Shown here one piece after another: positions 53,446-63,556 of a stretch of DNA of 64,000 nt. The notes under the pieces were generated by a model, which had not been told where the DNA came from, searched no databases, and saw nothing but the letters and a program-made list of their open reading frames with translations. Source of the stretch: Candidatus Eremiobacteria bacterium. Lineage in GTDB: Bacteria > Vulcanimicrobiota > Vulcanimicrobiia > Vulcanimicrobiales > Vulcanimicrobiaceae. How positions within the stretch are numbered: the first letter of the stretch is position 1; each line of letters begins with the position of its first letter. The position numbers were made by a program, and so were the translations under genes. The stretch covers positions 1,824,001 to 1,888,000 of the forward strand of contig CAVTRC010000001.1 in the NCBI GenBank assembly GCA_963737065.1, in the 5' to 3' direction.

Positions 53446-53814
53446 CTCAAGACTCGGTATTCGCGAGCGCTTCCAAAGGTCTGCCTGTGAGGCATAGCGT
53501 CCTGCGCTCCTCAACAACAAGGCTTCAACGGACATGAAGAGCTTCAGCGCAGGCTCGCTCCAATCGAACCTATCGACAATAATTTCCAAGGCGTGCAGAT
53601 TCGTTCTTAAAAAAGAAGGCGAGACGGTGAATATGACGTTAGTTTCAATGCTCGCGGCCGTGCCTTCTGTACACGTGCGGCTAATTTGAGTGGAAACAGG
53701 GACGTAAGCAGCTCTGAAGCAGCTCGTGTTCTGCTGTTTGCGATCTCGCGCGCACCGAAAGCGCTCGAAAAGGCTCTTCGGGATGACGCTACGAGATGAT
53801 GGCGAGCGGCTTGG

Positions 53815-53878
53815 CCGTCGATCGCCTCGGTCGGCGATGCATACGACAACGCGATGTGCGAAAGCTTTAATGCAACGG
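53815..53878 (+). mobile_element. Micro-fragment of an IS3 integrase core
   Basis: Reads PSIASVGDAYDNAMCESFNAT; similar to 981-1015. Confidence 0.65.
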
Positions 53879-53927
53879 TTTAACTCATCGCGGCATCATC
53901 TACGCTGTTCGGGTACAGTAGCTAACG

Positions 53928-55694
53928 ATGAGTGGGACATTTCGGACCGCAATCGTTCTAGCCGCACTTGGTGCGGTTGCTTTAGGCTGTTACGACGTCG
54001 CGAATCCCTATCGCCCAGGCCAAATCGGGTTCGACGGCGCGACGCTCGCCTATGGTAATGAACGGTTTGAGACGATCTACCCTAACGCCGCCGCTGATCG
54101 GGCCGGCATTCGCAAGGGCGATATCCTACTCGTCGATTCGCTTTCTTCGAAACAGCAATTCAATCTAGCGATGCGGCGCGCGGGTCAGCCGCTTGATCTG
54201 CCGATTTTGCGTGAAGGCAAGCGTCTAAATTTTCACATCACCGCAGAAACAACCGAAAATTTCCGCCCGGTAGAAACGGGACCGTTCGAGCTGCTCTTGT
54301 TACTCGTCTTCGCGGCGACCGGCTCGCTCGTTGCCTTACGCGGCGCTGCGCGTCCAGAGGTACGTGCACTGGCGGTGTTATTTGTTGCATGGGCGTGGTC
54401 GATCGCTCTGACGTGGCTGTTCGACGTGGCGCCGACACCGCAACTCGCATTCGTCGGTGCCGTTGGAGCCGGCGGGAGCCTCGCAAACGCCACACCAGCG
54501 ACCGCCGGCGTAGTAGAAGCGTTCGTTGCGTACAGCCTGCTGACGTTCGTAGGGCATTTTCCGCCGACGCAATCTCGAGTTCGAACCGCTATTGCGTCAA
54601 GTGCGGTGCCAATCGCCGTACTCGTTCTCATCGTGGCGTTGTGGAGTGATATTTCAGTTTTCCATGGCAGCTTGCAACTCTTTGAAATTCGTGGAATTGC
54701 ATCGTATAGCTGGATTGGTGCCGTCCTCGCAGTCGGGCTCGTACCACTGTTGGTTTTGATTGGCGCTATTGATGGCCTCGTGCATGTTGACGAAAACCAC
54801 AGAATGCAAATGCGCTGGGTCGGCACCGCAATGATCATTAGTGCGGTACCGGCGTTTTACTCGTTCGGTTTTTTGGTTTACGGGGGCTCTACCCCACCGC
54901 TTGTTACTTGGTTAAGGGTTCTGAGCGACGTACCGTTTTTGCTGATCGCCTACGCCATCTTGCGTCACCGGATCGTCGATATCAGTATCGTGATCAGTCG
55001 CGCGGCGATCTTTGCGATTGTATCGGCCACCGTCGTCGTACTCGTAATCGTGTTGGAATGGGTTCTCGGGCAGATCTTGGCTCGCGGCGTTGGCGCAGAG
55101 ACAAGCAAAGGTGTGACAGGGGAGGCATTACGGCTTGCTGTAGCGGTCGCTGTCGGCTTGTCGGCCGTTCCAATTCTTCGACTTGTCGAGCGTTGGCTTA
55201 ATGCCATCTTTTTCGGGAAGCGCGTGCAAGCTCTAGCCGAGCTGCGACGCTTTGCCCTAGAGGCAGACGCAGTTACGGATAGCGGGTCGCTTCTTACCCT
55301 GGCCTGCGATTCAATGCGCGACAATAGCGACGCTCGGTTCGCCGCAATTTACATGGCGCGAAACGGCGGTTACGTTCGAGTGCGCAGTTCGGACAATTTC
55401 CCGCCGTTAGTATTAGACCAAGACGACGCCGCAATCGTCCGGCTCCGTCGTTGGAAGGAACCTTTTGAAATGATTGCCGGCGCGCACGCCCTGAGTGAAG
55501 CGCTAATGCTCCCTATGACGATCGGCGGCTCGTTACTCGGCGTACTGGTTTGCGGCCCGAAACGCGAGCGCGTTCACTACCTTAAGGAAGAGATCGAAGC
55601 GCTCGCGTTAGTGGCCCACCGCGTCGGCACGGCCTCGTACGTTTTGCAGCACGGCGAGTGTCACGCCGTAAACACGCCGATAAGTTTAAGATGA
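53928..55694 (+). CDS. PDZ plus multi-TM plus GAF-like membrane protein
   Basis: PNAAADRAGIRKGD PDZ motif; many TM helices; YAILRHRIVDI; LLGVLVCGPK..Y..EEIEAL. Confidence 0.8.
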   Translation: MSGTFRTAIVLAALGAVALGCYDVANPYRPGQIGFDGATLAYGNERFETIYPNAAADRAGIRKGDILLVDSLSSKQQFNLAMRRAGQPLDLPILREGKRLNFHITAETTENFRPVETGPFELLLLLVFAATGSLVALRGAARPEVRALAVLFVAWAWSIALTWLFDVAPTPQLAFVGAVGAGGSLANATPATAGVVEAFVAYSLLTFVGHFPPTQSRVRTAIASSAVPIAVLVLIVALWSDISVFHGSLQLFEIRGIASYSWIGAVLAVGLVPLLVLIGAIDGLVHVDENHRMQMRWVGTAMIISAVPAFYSFGFLVYGGSTPPLVTWLRVLSDVPFLLIAYAILRHRIVDISIVISRAAIFAIVSATVVVLVIVLEWVLGQILARGVGAETSKGVTGEALRLAVAVAVGLSAVPILRLVERWLNAIFFGKRVQALAELRRFALEADAVTDSGSLLTLACDSMRDNSDARFAAIYMARNGGYVRVRSSDNFPPLVLDQDDAAIVRLRRWKEPFEMIAGAHALSEALMLPMTIGGSLLGVLVCGPKRERVHYLKEEIEALALVAHRVGTASYVLQHGECHAVNTPISLR

Positions 55695-55747
55695 AACCAC
55701 TTTACGATACGGCGTTCGACGTACGCGCTTAGCGTCAAGACGACTGT

Positions 55748-56485
55748 GTGAATAAGCTGTTGATCGGCACGGCGGGATGGTCGGTTCCCGTTTCTTTCGC
55801 GGAACGGTTTCCCGGGGACGGGTCTCACTTGGAACGCTATGCACGCGTCATGACGGCGGCGGAAATTAACTCATCGTTCCATCGGCCGCACCGGCGTTCT
55901 ACCTACGAGCGCTGGGCGTCGGCCGTGCCGCCGAACTTTTTGTTCTCCGTGAAGATTCCGAAAGTGATCTCGCACGAAAAGCGCTGCGTCGACTGCGCGG
56001 ATGAGTTGCAACAATTTCTCGGTGAGAGCGCGGGGCTCGGAAACAAACGCCACCTATTGCTGCTGCAGCTGCCGCCGAGTTTTCAATTCGAAGAGGCACG
56101 GATGGATCGCTTTTTCGCGCTCTGTCACGCTGCAGAGGCGCCGCCGGTCGTGTGTGAGCCGCGTCACGCTTCGTGGTTTACGCCGGAAGCTGATGCGTTG
56201 TTGCGCACGTGGCGCGTCGCACGCGTGGGCGCCGACCCCGCGCGCGCGGCCGGAGCCGAGACGCCGGGTGGCTGGACGGGAATCACTTACGTTCGAATGC
56301 ACGGTACGCCGCGCGTCTACTATTCGTCGTATTCCGACGAGACTCTTGACGGTATCGCTTCGATGCTATCAATGGCGCCGAACGAAGCGTGGTGCATCTT
56401 CGATAATACAGCCTCTGGGGCAGCAGCCGGTGATGCGTTGAGGCTCCGTTCGCGTTTGAGCATTTCCGGTCGACATGAACATTAG
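55748..56485 (+). CDS. DUF72 (YecE-like) protein
   Basis: IGTAGW, EINSSF, LQLPPSF, EPRHASW, YVRMHG, FDNT. Confidence 0.92.
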   Translation: MNKLLIGTAGWSVPVSFAERFPGDGSHLERYARVMTAAEINSSFHRPHRRSTYERWASAVPPNFLFSVKIPKVISHEKRCVDCADELQQFLGESAGLGNKRHLLLLQLPPSFQFEEARMDRFFALCHAAEAPPVVCEPRHASWFTPEADALLRTWRVARVGADPARAAGAETPGGWTGITYVRMHGTPRVYYSSYSDETLDGIASMLSMAPNEAWCIFDNTASGAAAGDALRLRSRLSISGRHEH

Positions 56486-56922
56486 CGCGACAGCAGCCGT
56501 TTCAATATGCGCGGAATTTTCGCTGCGACGGGCGTTAGTTCGGGTGCGATGCGGCCTTGCCATGCGCATCGGCATCGACTAGTCCGAAAGTTCAATCGTT
56601 GCGTCGGGCGCAGCACGCTCTACTCTTGTGCGGCCGCCAATGAAAAACGCGTCGCCCGTAGAGTAAATAGTGCACGGTCGTACGCTCGCGCAGCTCTTCG
56701 AAATCCGCGCGGTACACGTCTGGGTTGCACGGCGAGGGAAGTGCGAATACTAACACGTTGAGGGTTTCTTCGCGCGAACGATCAATCCCGAGTCGACCCG
56801 TGAGCATGGGTACGTCGGCGGTAAACGTGCATAGATGTGTCTCTGCAATTCCTAATGGGTGTTGGGACTATTGTACGGTTAGGAGTTATGTGTGCGCACG
56901 GTTACCTGGGTAAGATGTAAGC

Positions 56923-57897
56923 ATGCTGCGCTTCTTTGCAATACTTCTTGTTGGCGCGATGACCTTGGGGGCTGCGCCGCGGTACGTCGGTAATCTTACT
57001 GAAGGCGCCTTGACGGGCGCGCTGTCATCGACAACGGCGCTCCAGAACGCGTTTCAGGATCATGCCTCTCTTTTGCATTCCGCCGTTTCAAAAATCGGCC
57101 TTTCAGATAGCGAATGGCGCGAACTCTCCTACGCAGTGGCTGCGGATAACGTGAGGTGGTCGACCCTGCCCACGCGACTGGATGCGATGTCGGGCCAGTA
57201 TGGCGGACGAGCATTCGTCGTCCGCAACATCCGCATTCGTTCCAATGTGCGTGGGTGGCGCGTGAACCTCGCCAGAGCGACCGTCTATATTCCACGAGAC
57301 TGCGGCAACGTGTCCGTCGTGTGGTCGCATCCGAATGCGAAAACGCACGCCACGCCTCATACACCCCGTGTGCTCTACGTTCCGAACACGCCGGCGCCAA
57401 CGGTGTCATCGGCTCCGGATACGGCAGCACCGTCGATTCCTCAGGCGCAGGATGCGCCAGTTCCCACACCGGCGCCGGCACCTAATAAATGGAAGGGCGC
57501 GCGGCAATGGATCATCGGTTTAATCGCGTTCGGCGTTGTTGACTATGCGTGCAACAAATGGGCCAATCGCCCAGTGGCGTGTCTTGGTCACCACGTGTAT
57601 TTACAGGCGAAACCACGTGCAACTGCAACGCCGCAACCAATCTCCGCCAAGCCCACGAGCCCTCCCGCAACGCCGTCGCCGTCACCAGCGAAACCGTCGC
57701 CCGTTCCATCACCGATTCCCACGAGCATCCCGACCGCGAAGCCGACACATGCGCCGACGCCCGTTCCGACGATTGCGCCGACTCCCGTCCCGACATCACG
57801 GCCGTGCGGATGCCATACGCCGAAACCAACGCCACCGCCGCCCACTCCAACACCGTCGCCGATAAGTTGCTCTCCGTCACCGATGGCGAAGCCGTAA
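56923..57897 (+). CDS. Secreted/membrane Pro-Thr-rich hypothetical protein
   Basis: Signal peptide, PRDCGN domain, PT linker, TM, long PT/PS tail. Confidence 0.7.
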   Translation: MLRFFAILLVGAMTLGAAPRYVGNLTEGALTGALSSTTALQNAFQDHASLLHSAVSKIGLSDSEWRELSYAVAADNVRWSTLPTRLDAMSGQYGGRAFVVRNIRIRSNVRGWRVNLARATVYIPRDCGNVSVVWSHPNAKTHATPHTPRVLYVPNTPAPTVSSAPDTAAPSIPQAQDAPVPTPAPAPNKWKGARQWIIGLIAFGVVDYACNKWANRPVACLGHHVYLQAKPRATATPQPISAKPTSPPATPSPSPAKPSPVPSPIPTSIPTAKPTHAPTPVPTIAPTPVPTSRPCGCHTPKPTPPPPTPTPSPISCSPSPMAKP

Positions 57898-57916
57898 AAG
57901 ACGACCAGGCGCTATG

Positions 57917-57947
57917 AACAAAAGCCCCGTTTTGCGGGGCTTTTGTT
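57917..57947. terminator. Bidirectional intrinsic terminator
   Basis: AACAAAAGCCCCG-ttttg-CGGGGCTTTTGTT between convergent genes. Confidence 0.9.
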
Positions 57948-57995
57948 TACGCTGACGCGCTGCGGCTCCGTTCCGGTGCATGCCTGCGTCAACGC

Positions 57996-59621
57996 TTAGT
58001 AGTCGCGCCAGAGCATCGCCGAAATCGTGCCTTCATCTTGGAACACGCCGATCAGGTCCGCAATAGAGCTGATCGGAACGTTATTGACAACGAGTTGGTA
58101 GATCAGATGTTTGCCGCTCTTCGTCGTGATGTAGCCGCCAAAAGCTTGGCCTTTGAGCATCATCTCGCCCGACCGCGACGCGCCGACAAATGTGCCGGTC
58201 TTTGCGTGAACCTCTCCTGCAGCGCCCGCAAGCGTCGGATCTTTTTCAAAGTCTTTGATTGAGGCAAGTGAACCGTCCACGGCGAGAATCGGGAGGTCGT
58301 CGTATAGCGTAGAAAAAGCGGCGCGCCTTTGCATCTCCGCCAGCATCTGCGTCACTGCACCGCTGGTCGCCGTCGTACTTCCGCCGCCGCTGCCGTCGAC
58401 GAAATGATAGTCGCCGGCCGGGATACCAAAGCGCGTAGCGAGATTTTTGCGTTCCACTGCGAGCGCGGCCGGCATGCTGTGTACGCCGCGCGTCACGCCG
58501 AAGAGCACAATGCTCGTATCCGCGCCGATATTATAGCTGATCTTGAGAATGAGTTTGGCATCTTGCGCGTACGTCATTCCGTGCAACGTCGCAACGTTGT
58601 TGCTTTTGCTGTACGCGACGCTGGACGGCAACAGTTTTGTAGGATTCGGTTTCACCACCGGTGCGGCCACCGTTACGCCGGCGTTGCGCAACGATTCAAT
58701 GAACACCGTGCGAGCGTAGCTCGAAGGTTCCGTTATGCGAACTGTCCGCACCAACGTACCGGTGCCGGTCAGCGGAGGCTTGAAACCGACAGGCAGTGAG
58801 CCGTCGATCGTCGCCGTGCATCCCACTTGTCCGATGCACGTTGGGTAGCGGGAATCGATCCGTATGTCCTCACTCGATTTTAGCGCGCCGTTCGTCACGC
58901 CGTTCTTAATCCCAAGCGCGGCGGAAACGGGCCGATGCGTTAGCGCGGTCTTCGCGCCGACGTCCGCGCCTGGCGTGATCGTCACGTCAACGACATCGTC
59001 ATTGACGAAGATTGGACGCACGTCGAACTCATCGCGGAAGTTGAACGGCTTGAACAAGCGATCGTCGACGATAACGTCGCCGTCGACCCGGGTGATACCC
59101 GCGGCTTTGACGGCGCGCGAGAGCCGCTCGTAGCCGGCAAGCGGATTGGGCTTCGTCAGTATCGCGTTGCCGAGGCTATCGGCCTCATTATGATCCCAAT
59201 TACTGACCGCGATCGATCCATCCGGGTTTGTGCGGCCGCCCATCGTGAGATCGCCCGACGCAACGATAATGAGATTTCCGTGCAATACCGTGCCGTTAAC
59301 GTTGCCGATGCGGTACACGTGCGTATCGTAACGATGATCGGGCCCGACTGCGTCGAGGAGTTGACCGACGCTGAATACCTTGCGAACCGAACCAATGAAA
59401 AATTTTCGCTCGGGATGGACGTCGATGAGAACCTTCGACCCATCCAAAACGCGCAGCCCCCACGTCGCGTTCTTGTAGAGCGGCTTAGCGAAGATCTTCT
59501 GGATGTCTGCCGGCACCGGTATGGGCGCCGAGGGCCGCACAGCGCTCGACGCCGTCGCGCTCGTGACAAGCGCGATCGACGCGAACGCAATAGCATAGGC
59601 AGACAATCTCTTCCCAATCAC
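57996..59621 (-). CDS. dacB: D-alanyl-D-alanine carboxypeptidase/endopeptidase (PBP4, S13)
   Basis: Signal peptide, SVRK (SxxK), SYN, DGSG, KTGT. Confidence 0.88.
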   Translation of the reverse strand: MIGKRLSAYAIAFASIALVTSATASSAVRPSAPIPVPADIQKIFAKPLYKNATWGLRVLDGSKVLIDVHPERKFFIGSVRKVFSVGQLLDAVGPDHRYDTHVYRIGNVNGTVLHGNLIIVASGDLTMGGRTNPDGSIAVSNWDHNEADSLGNAILTKPNPLAGYERLSRAVKAAGITRVDGDVIVDDRLFKPFNFRDEFDVRPIFVNDDVVDVTITPGADVGAKTALTHRPVSAALGIKNGVTNGALKSSEDIRIDSRYPTCIGQVGCTATIDGSLPVGFKPPLTGTGTLVRTVRITEPSSYARTVFIESLRNAGVTVAAPVVKPNPTKLLPSSVAYSKSNNVATLHGMTYAQDAKLILKISYNIGADTSIVLFGVTRGVHSMPAALAVERKNLATRFGIPAGDYHFVDGSGGGSTTATSGAVTQMLAEMQRRAAFSTLYDDLPILAVDGSLASIKDFEKDPTLAGAAGEVHAKTGTFVGASRSGEMMLKGQAFGGYITTKSGKHLIYQLVVNNVPISSIADLIGVFQDEGTISAMLWRDY

Positions 59622-59639
59622 GATCTAGGCCTTTCTTTC

Positions 59640-61319
59640 TTATCGCGACGCTTCGATGTAGCGATCGATTTCCGTCATAACGAGGGTCAGCGGCATGCCG
59701 CCGTTGGAGACGATGCGGTCGTGGAACGTGCGAACGTCGAACTTAGCGCCGAGCGCTGCGTGCGCCTTTTCGCGAAGTTCGGCGAACGTTAGCGATCCCA
59801 GCTTGTAGGCAAGAGCTTGGGCCGGGAGATCGGTCGCGTAACGCGGCAGTTCGCTTGCGATCTCGGTCTGCGACATCAGCGTGTTGTCACGTAGAAACGC
59901 AGCTGCCTTATCGTAACTCCAGCCGAGCGCGTTCATTCCCGTGTCGACGACGAGCCGTGAAGAGATGAAGATATCGAGTGCGTGACGCCCGTACAGATCG
60001 TAGGGGTCGTCGTACGCGCCGTACTCTTTGCCGAGATCGGCGGCGTATTCCGCATAGCCTTCGTGGTATGCGGCGATATACGTGGAAATCGCGTGAAATG
60101 CGCGGAAGCGTGGAAGTTTCTCGTTTTCGCGCGCGACGTTAATCTCATAGTGATGCCCGGGGACCAGCTCGTGAAGGGCGAGTGATGCAAGACTAAGCAA
60201 CGATCGCTCCGAGAGATTCGAACCGTTGAAGAGATAATATCCGGTCTCGCCGGTTTTCGCGCCCGGATGGTAGTACCCGAACGTCATCCCGGCCTCGAGG
60301 TCTTGCGGCAAACGCTTCGCGCCGAACGGGGCTTGTTGTCGGCGAGCAAAGAACGTGTCGAGCGCGTCGTAACCGATCTTCGCGAATCGTTCCAACTTCT
60401 CGCCGATCTGCTCCGGCGACTGCGGAACGAAGCGCGGGTCGGTGCGCAGTTGCGCATGAAATTGCGCGGCGGTGCCGGTGAAGCCCAGTTGCGCGCGAAC
60501 GTCGGCCATCGCTTCGCGCAAATCCGCAACGACCTGCAGGCCGCGTTCGTGAATCTGTTCCGGCGTTAAATCGGTCGTCGTGTTATCACGAACACAATAG
60601 CGATAGTGTTGTGCGCCGCCCGGCAAATCCGACTGGCCCCATCCTTCGGAACATGCGGCAGCGTACGGACCTTCGAGATATTCCACGAGCGCAGCGATCG
60701 CGGGGGCGACGTGCTCGCGCAACACGTCGTCCGTTCCGGCCGGTGGCCGGCCGCTTTTGGCAAGAAACGGGCTGTTGTCGGTTGACATCGCAGCGCGATG
60801 GGTCGCGACGATCGGCGCCAGGACGCGGCGCGGCAAGACGATGCCCCGCTGCACCTGCCCTTCGAGTTTCGTCTTAGCTGCGCGCGCGTAAGCGCCGACA
60901 TCGCGCAGTACGGCAAAGTAACGCTCGCGGGCCGCGTTATCGTCGGTGGAAAGCGCCCGAAAAATCAGCTGAAACGCGGAAGGAAAGCAGCGATACGGTG
61001 TGACGGTGATGACGTGCCAATAGTGTTGCGTCGCTTCCAGTCTGCGACCGATAGCATGTCGCAGCACCGCAAGCGAAAGGCGATCCTGACCATCCATCGC
61101 CGCCTCATCGATCGTGTCGAGTCGCGCGAGCGCCGTGCGGCACCACTGGGCGGCTTCTTCGTTGAGCTCTTCGGTTTCCGGTGCGATGCCGGAGATCGGC
61201 ATGCCTTGCCCGGCACGGTAGATCGCGGTGAATGCAGCTCCGCGAAGCGGCCCGTGTTCGTCGCTATTCGTCGCCTCGTACGCATCGATCGCTTGTTGTA
61301 TCGTCTGCATCTGCGTCAT
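59640..61319 (-). CDS. DUF885 family protein
   Basis: TTTDLTPEQIHERG, HELVPGHH, EGYAEYA, RLVVDTG, PAQALAYKLG. Confidence 0.92.
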   Translation of the reverse strand: MTQMQTIQQAIDAYEATNSDEHGPLRGAAFTAIYRAGQGMPISGIAPETEELNEEAAQWCRTALARLDTIDEAAMDGQDRLSLAVLRHAIGRRLEATQHYWHVITVTPYRCFPSAFQLIFRALSTDDNAARERYFAVLRDVGAYARAAKTKLEGQVQRGIVLPRRVLAPIVATHRAAMSTDNSPFLAKSGRPPAGTDDVLREHVAPAIAALVEYLEGPYAAACSEGWGQSDLPGGAQHYRYCVRDNTTTDLTPEQIHERGLQVVADLREAMADVRAQLGFTGTAAQFHAQLRTDPRFVPQSPEQIGEKLERFAKIGYDALDTFFARRQQAPFGAKRLPQDLEAGMTFGYYHPGAKTGETGYYLFNGSNLSERSLLSLASLALHELVPGHHYEINVARENEKLPRFRAFHAISTYIAAYHEGYAEYAADLGKEYGAYDDPYDLYGRHALDIFISSRLVVDTGMNALGWSYDKAAAFLRDNTLMSQTEIASELPRYATDLPAQALAYKLGSLTFAELREKAHAALGAKFDVRTFHDRIVSNGGMPLTLVMTEIDRYIEASR

Positions 61320-61419
61320 GTTAGGCCTCGGACCGGCAATCACCGCCAACATGAGGCGCGAAAATGCTTTTTGCGCCGTCGCGGGCATATTTTATGGGCG
61401 AATGTTGAAATACACGCCG

Positions 61420-62793
61420 ATGACGTCCGGCGTAAACCGCATTCGCCTCCTCAATTACTCGTTACCTGTTGTAGCGATAGAGTTTGTCATCTATCCGGTT
61501 CTCGCTATACTTCCGTCGTTCTACGCAAACATCAGCGGCGGCAAACTTGCGTCGTATGCCACGGCGATCCTCATCTCGCGTCTGGTTTATTCGTGCAGCG
61601 GGCCAATCGTCGGCTATTTGAGCGACCGCTTCGCGACGCGGTGGGGACGGCGTAAGCCGTGGATGATCGCCGGTACGGTCGTCGAGGTGATCAGCGTCTA
61701 TTTGGTGTTTGTGCCGCCGTCGAACGCAGGACCGGATTACTTCGCATGGACGGCGGCGCTTGCGCTCTTCGGTTTTAGCATGATCGACGTTCCCTATATT
61801 GCGTGGGGCAGCGAAATCACGCGCGACTATGCGAGGCGCTCGCTCATCGCGTCCTATAGAGCCGTCTTCGCTGTTTTCGGTCAGGTCGTGTTCCTCGCGT
61901 TGCCGCTGCTGCCGGCCTTCGGAGGCAGCGATCTGCTCCAGCCGGCGACGATCGCGCATCTCGGTTTTGTCGCGATGGTTTTGCTGGTTGTGACGATGAG
62001 CATTGCGCTCGTCTGGGGGCCGCGAGCAGAGGCTGAGAATGCTGCGCCGGCGGAAGCGCCCGTGCTTCGTCTCCTGGCCGACATGGCGCGTAACGTGCCG
62101 ATGCTCTACCTCACGGGAGCTACCGTGTTCACGTTCCTGGCATACTGCGTGCAACTGACGATTGCGTTACAGTTCATGTCATCGCTTGGATTTGCGAAAA
62201 CGTTCGCACCGCTGACCCTCGTTGGATTGCTCGTCTCGATCGTCAGCGTGCCGCTGTGGGAGTCAATTAGCAGGCGCATCGGCAAGCATAAGAGCTGGGC
62301 GGTGACGCTGGTAATCTCGTTCGTTGGTTTGGGCGCCTATTTCGTCATCGTGCCCATTTTCGGAACGTTCGGGGCGCTTGTGGCCTCGTCGCTCATCGTG
62401 GCGCTTCCATCGGCGTTTTACACCGCTTCGTTGCCGTACTCGATCATGGGCGACGTTATCGACTATGACGAGTTGAAGACCGGCTCAAATCGCTCGGCAA
62501 ACTATTCGGCCGTCATCCTGCTCGTGATTCGGCTACAGGTCGCTATCGGCGGTGCGATCGCATTCTTCGTTCTTGGCGCGATGCGATTCGATGTACATCT
62601 TGTAAATTCGCATGTCATGCAGCCGGCGATGTTCGTTGCGTACTTCCTTTTGCCGGGCCTGTTCTTGCTGCTTGCCATCGCATGCATCTGGCGATTCCCA
62701 ATCGATGCTCGACGCGCAGCGATCATTCGTAAGCGGCTCGAGGGCACCCATCGTGCGAGCGGCTACGAGCGCCGTGCCTCGCCGGCCCGATAA
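61420..62793 (+). CDS. MFS transporter, MelB/GPH-like
   Basis: GYLSDR..RWGRRKPW, PYIAWGSEIT.DY..R, DVIDYDELKTG. Confidence 0.9.
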   Translation: MTSGVNRIRLLNYSLPVVAIEFVIYPVLAILPSFYANISGGKLASYATAILISRLVYSCSGPIVGYLSDRFATRWGRRKPWMIAGTVVEVISVYLVFVPPSNAGPDYFAWTAALALFGFSMIDVPYIAWGSEITRDYARRSLIASYRAVFAVFGQVVFLALPLLPAFGGSDLLQPATIAHLGFVAMVLLVVTMSIALVWGPRAEAENAAPAEAPVLRLLADMARNVPMLYLTGATVFTFLAYCVQLTIALQFMSSLGFAKTFAPLTLVGLLVSIVSVPLWESISRRIGKHKSWAVTLVISFVGLGAYFVIVPIFGTFGALVASSLIVALPSAFYTASLPYSIMGDVIDYDELKTGSNRSANYSAVILLVIRLQVAIGGAIAFFVLGAMRFDVHLVNSHVMQPAMFVAYFLLPGLFLLLAIACIWRFPIDARRAAIIRKRLEGTHRASGYERRASPAR

Positions 62794-63026
62794 CGGTAAA
62801 CGATCCGGCCTTTCGTCAGGTCGTACGGCGAGACTTCCACGTCTACACGATCACCGGGAAGAATTTTGATTCGATGCCGACGCAAACGTCCGGCGATGTG
62901 CGCGAGAATGACGTGGCCGTTGTCGAGTTCGACCGAGAAGGTAGTGCTCGGAAACACCTGCTTGATGCTGCCGAACAATTCGAGCGGCGCCTCGCGGTTG
63001 TCTTCAGCAGGCTTGACTTTTGGCAT
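62763..63026 (-). CDS. infA: Translation initiation factor IF-1
   Basis: FSVELDNGH.ILAHIAGRLR..IKILPGDRV.VE.SPYDLTKGRI.YR. Confidence 0.95.
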   Translation of the reverse strand: MPKVKPAEDNREAPLELFGSIKQVFPSTTFSVELDNGHVILAHIAGRLRRHRIKILPGDRVDVEVSPYDLTKGRIVYRYRAGEARRS

Positions 63027-63270
63027 ACGCTGACTGGCGTTGCGGTTGCGCGTTGCGATAATGAAGCTCCTTGATCGCTCTAGCGGTAGAGCGTTGGAAA
63101 GTGGCGCGGAATCCCGTGGGGTCCGAGCGCGGCGAACGGAGCATCTCATGAAACTGCCCCTCGTGCAAGGGTAAACCCGTCGGTGGCGCGGAAAGCTCGC
63201 CGGTTTGCGTCGCCGGCGACTGCGCTTGAGGATCGGCGCGGGTAGGATGCTCAGAGAGGTAGTATGCACG

Positions 63271-63522
63271 ATGAACGACACGTCTCGCCAGCTGCGCTAC
63301 GCACTCGGCACGCTGTGCGAACGCTACAATTCGATGATCGCCGACAAAGACACGGTTGATTTCCGGCTTGGTTCTCACGCAGAATACGACGAGACGGTCG
63401 ACCATATCGACGCAGAAGAAGTGTACGTCCGCGAATCCGGCAGTATCAGCGACGATCTACGAAGCCTGATCGTAGAGATGATCGACGTGGCGCAACGCAT
63501 TCGCACGATCGAAGGCTTTTGA
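63271..63522 (+). CDS. Small acidic hypothetical protein
   Basis: 83 aa, AGAGAGGT SD, host-like codon usage. Confidence 0.6.
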   Translation: MNDTSRQLRYALGTLCERYNSMIADKDTVDFRLGSHAEYDETVDHIDAEEVYVRESGSISDDLRSLIVEMIDVAQRIRTIEGF

Positions 63523-63556
63523 AAACTTATTGACATATACGGCGGCACATTTTCAG

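Noticed and set aside
57600..57890. Repetitive CCGACG/CCGTCG tract as a possible array
   Set aside because: Low-complexity Pro/Thr coding; no repeat-spacer periodicity, no cas genes
63030..63045. TGACTGGCG resembling the ZTP (pfl) riboswitch start
   Set aside because: Antisense to infA and lacks the downstream CGCCTGGG partner
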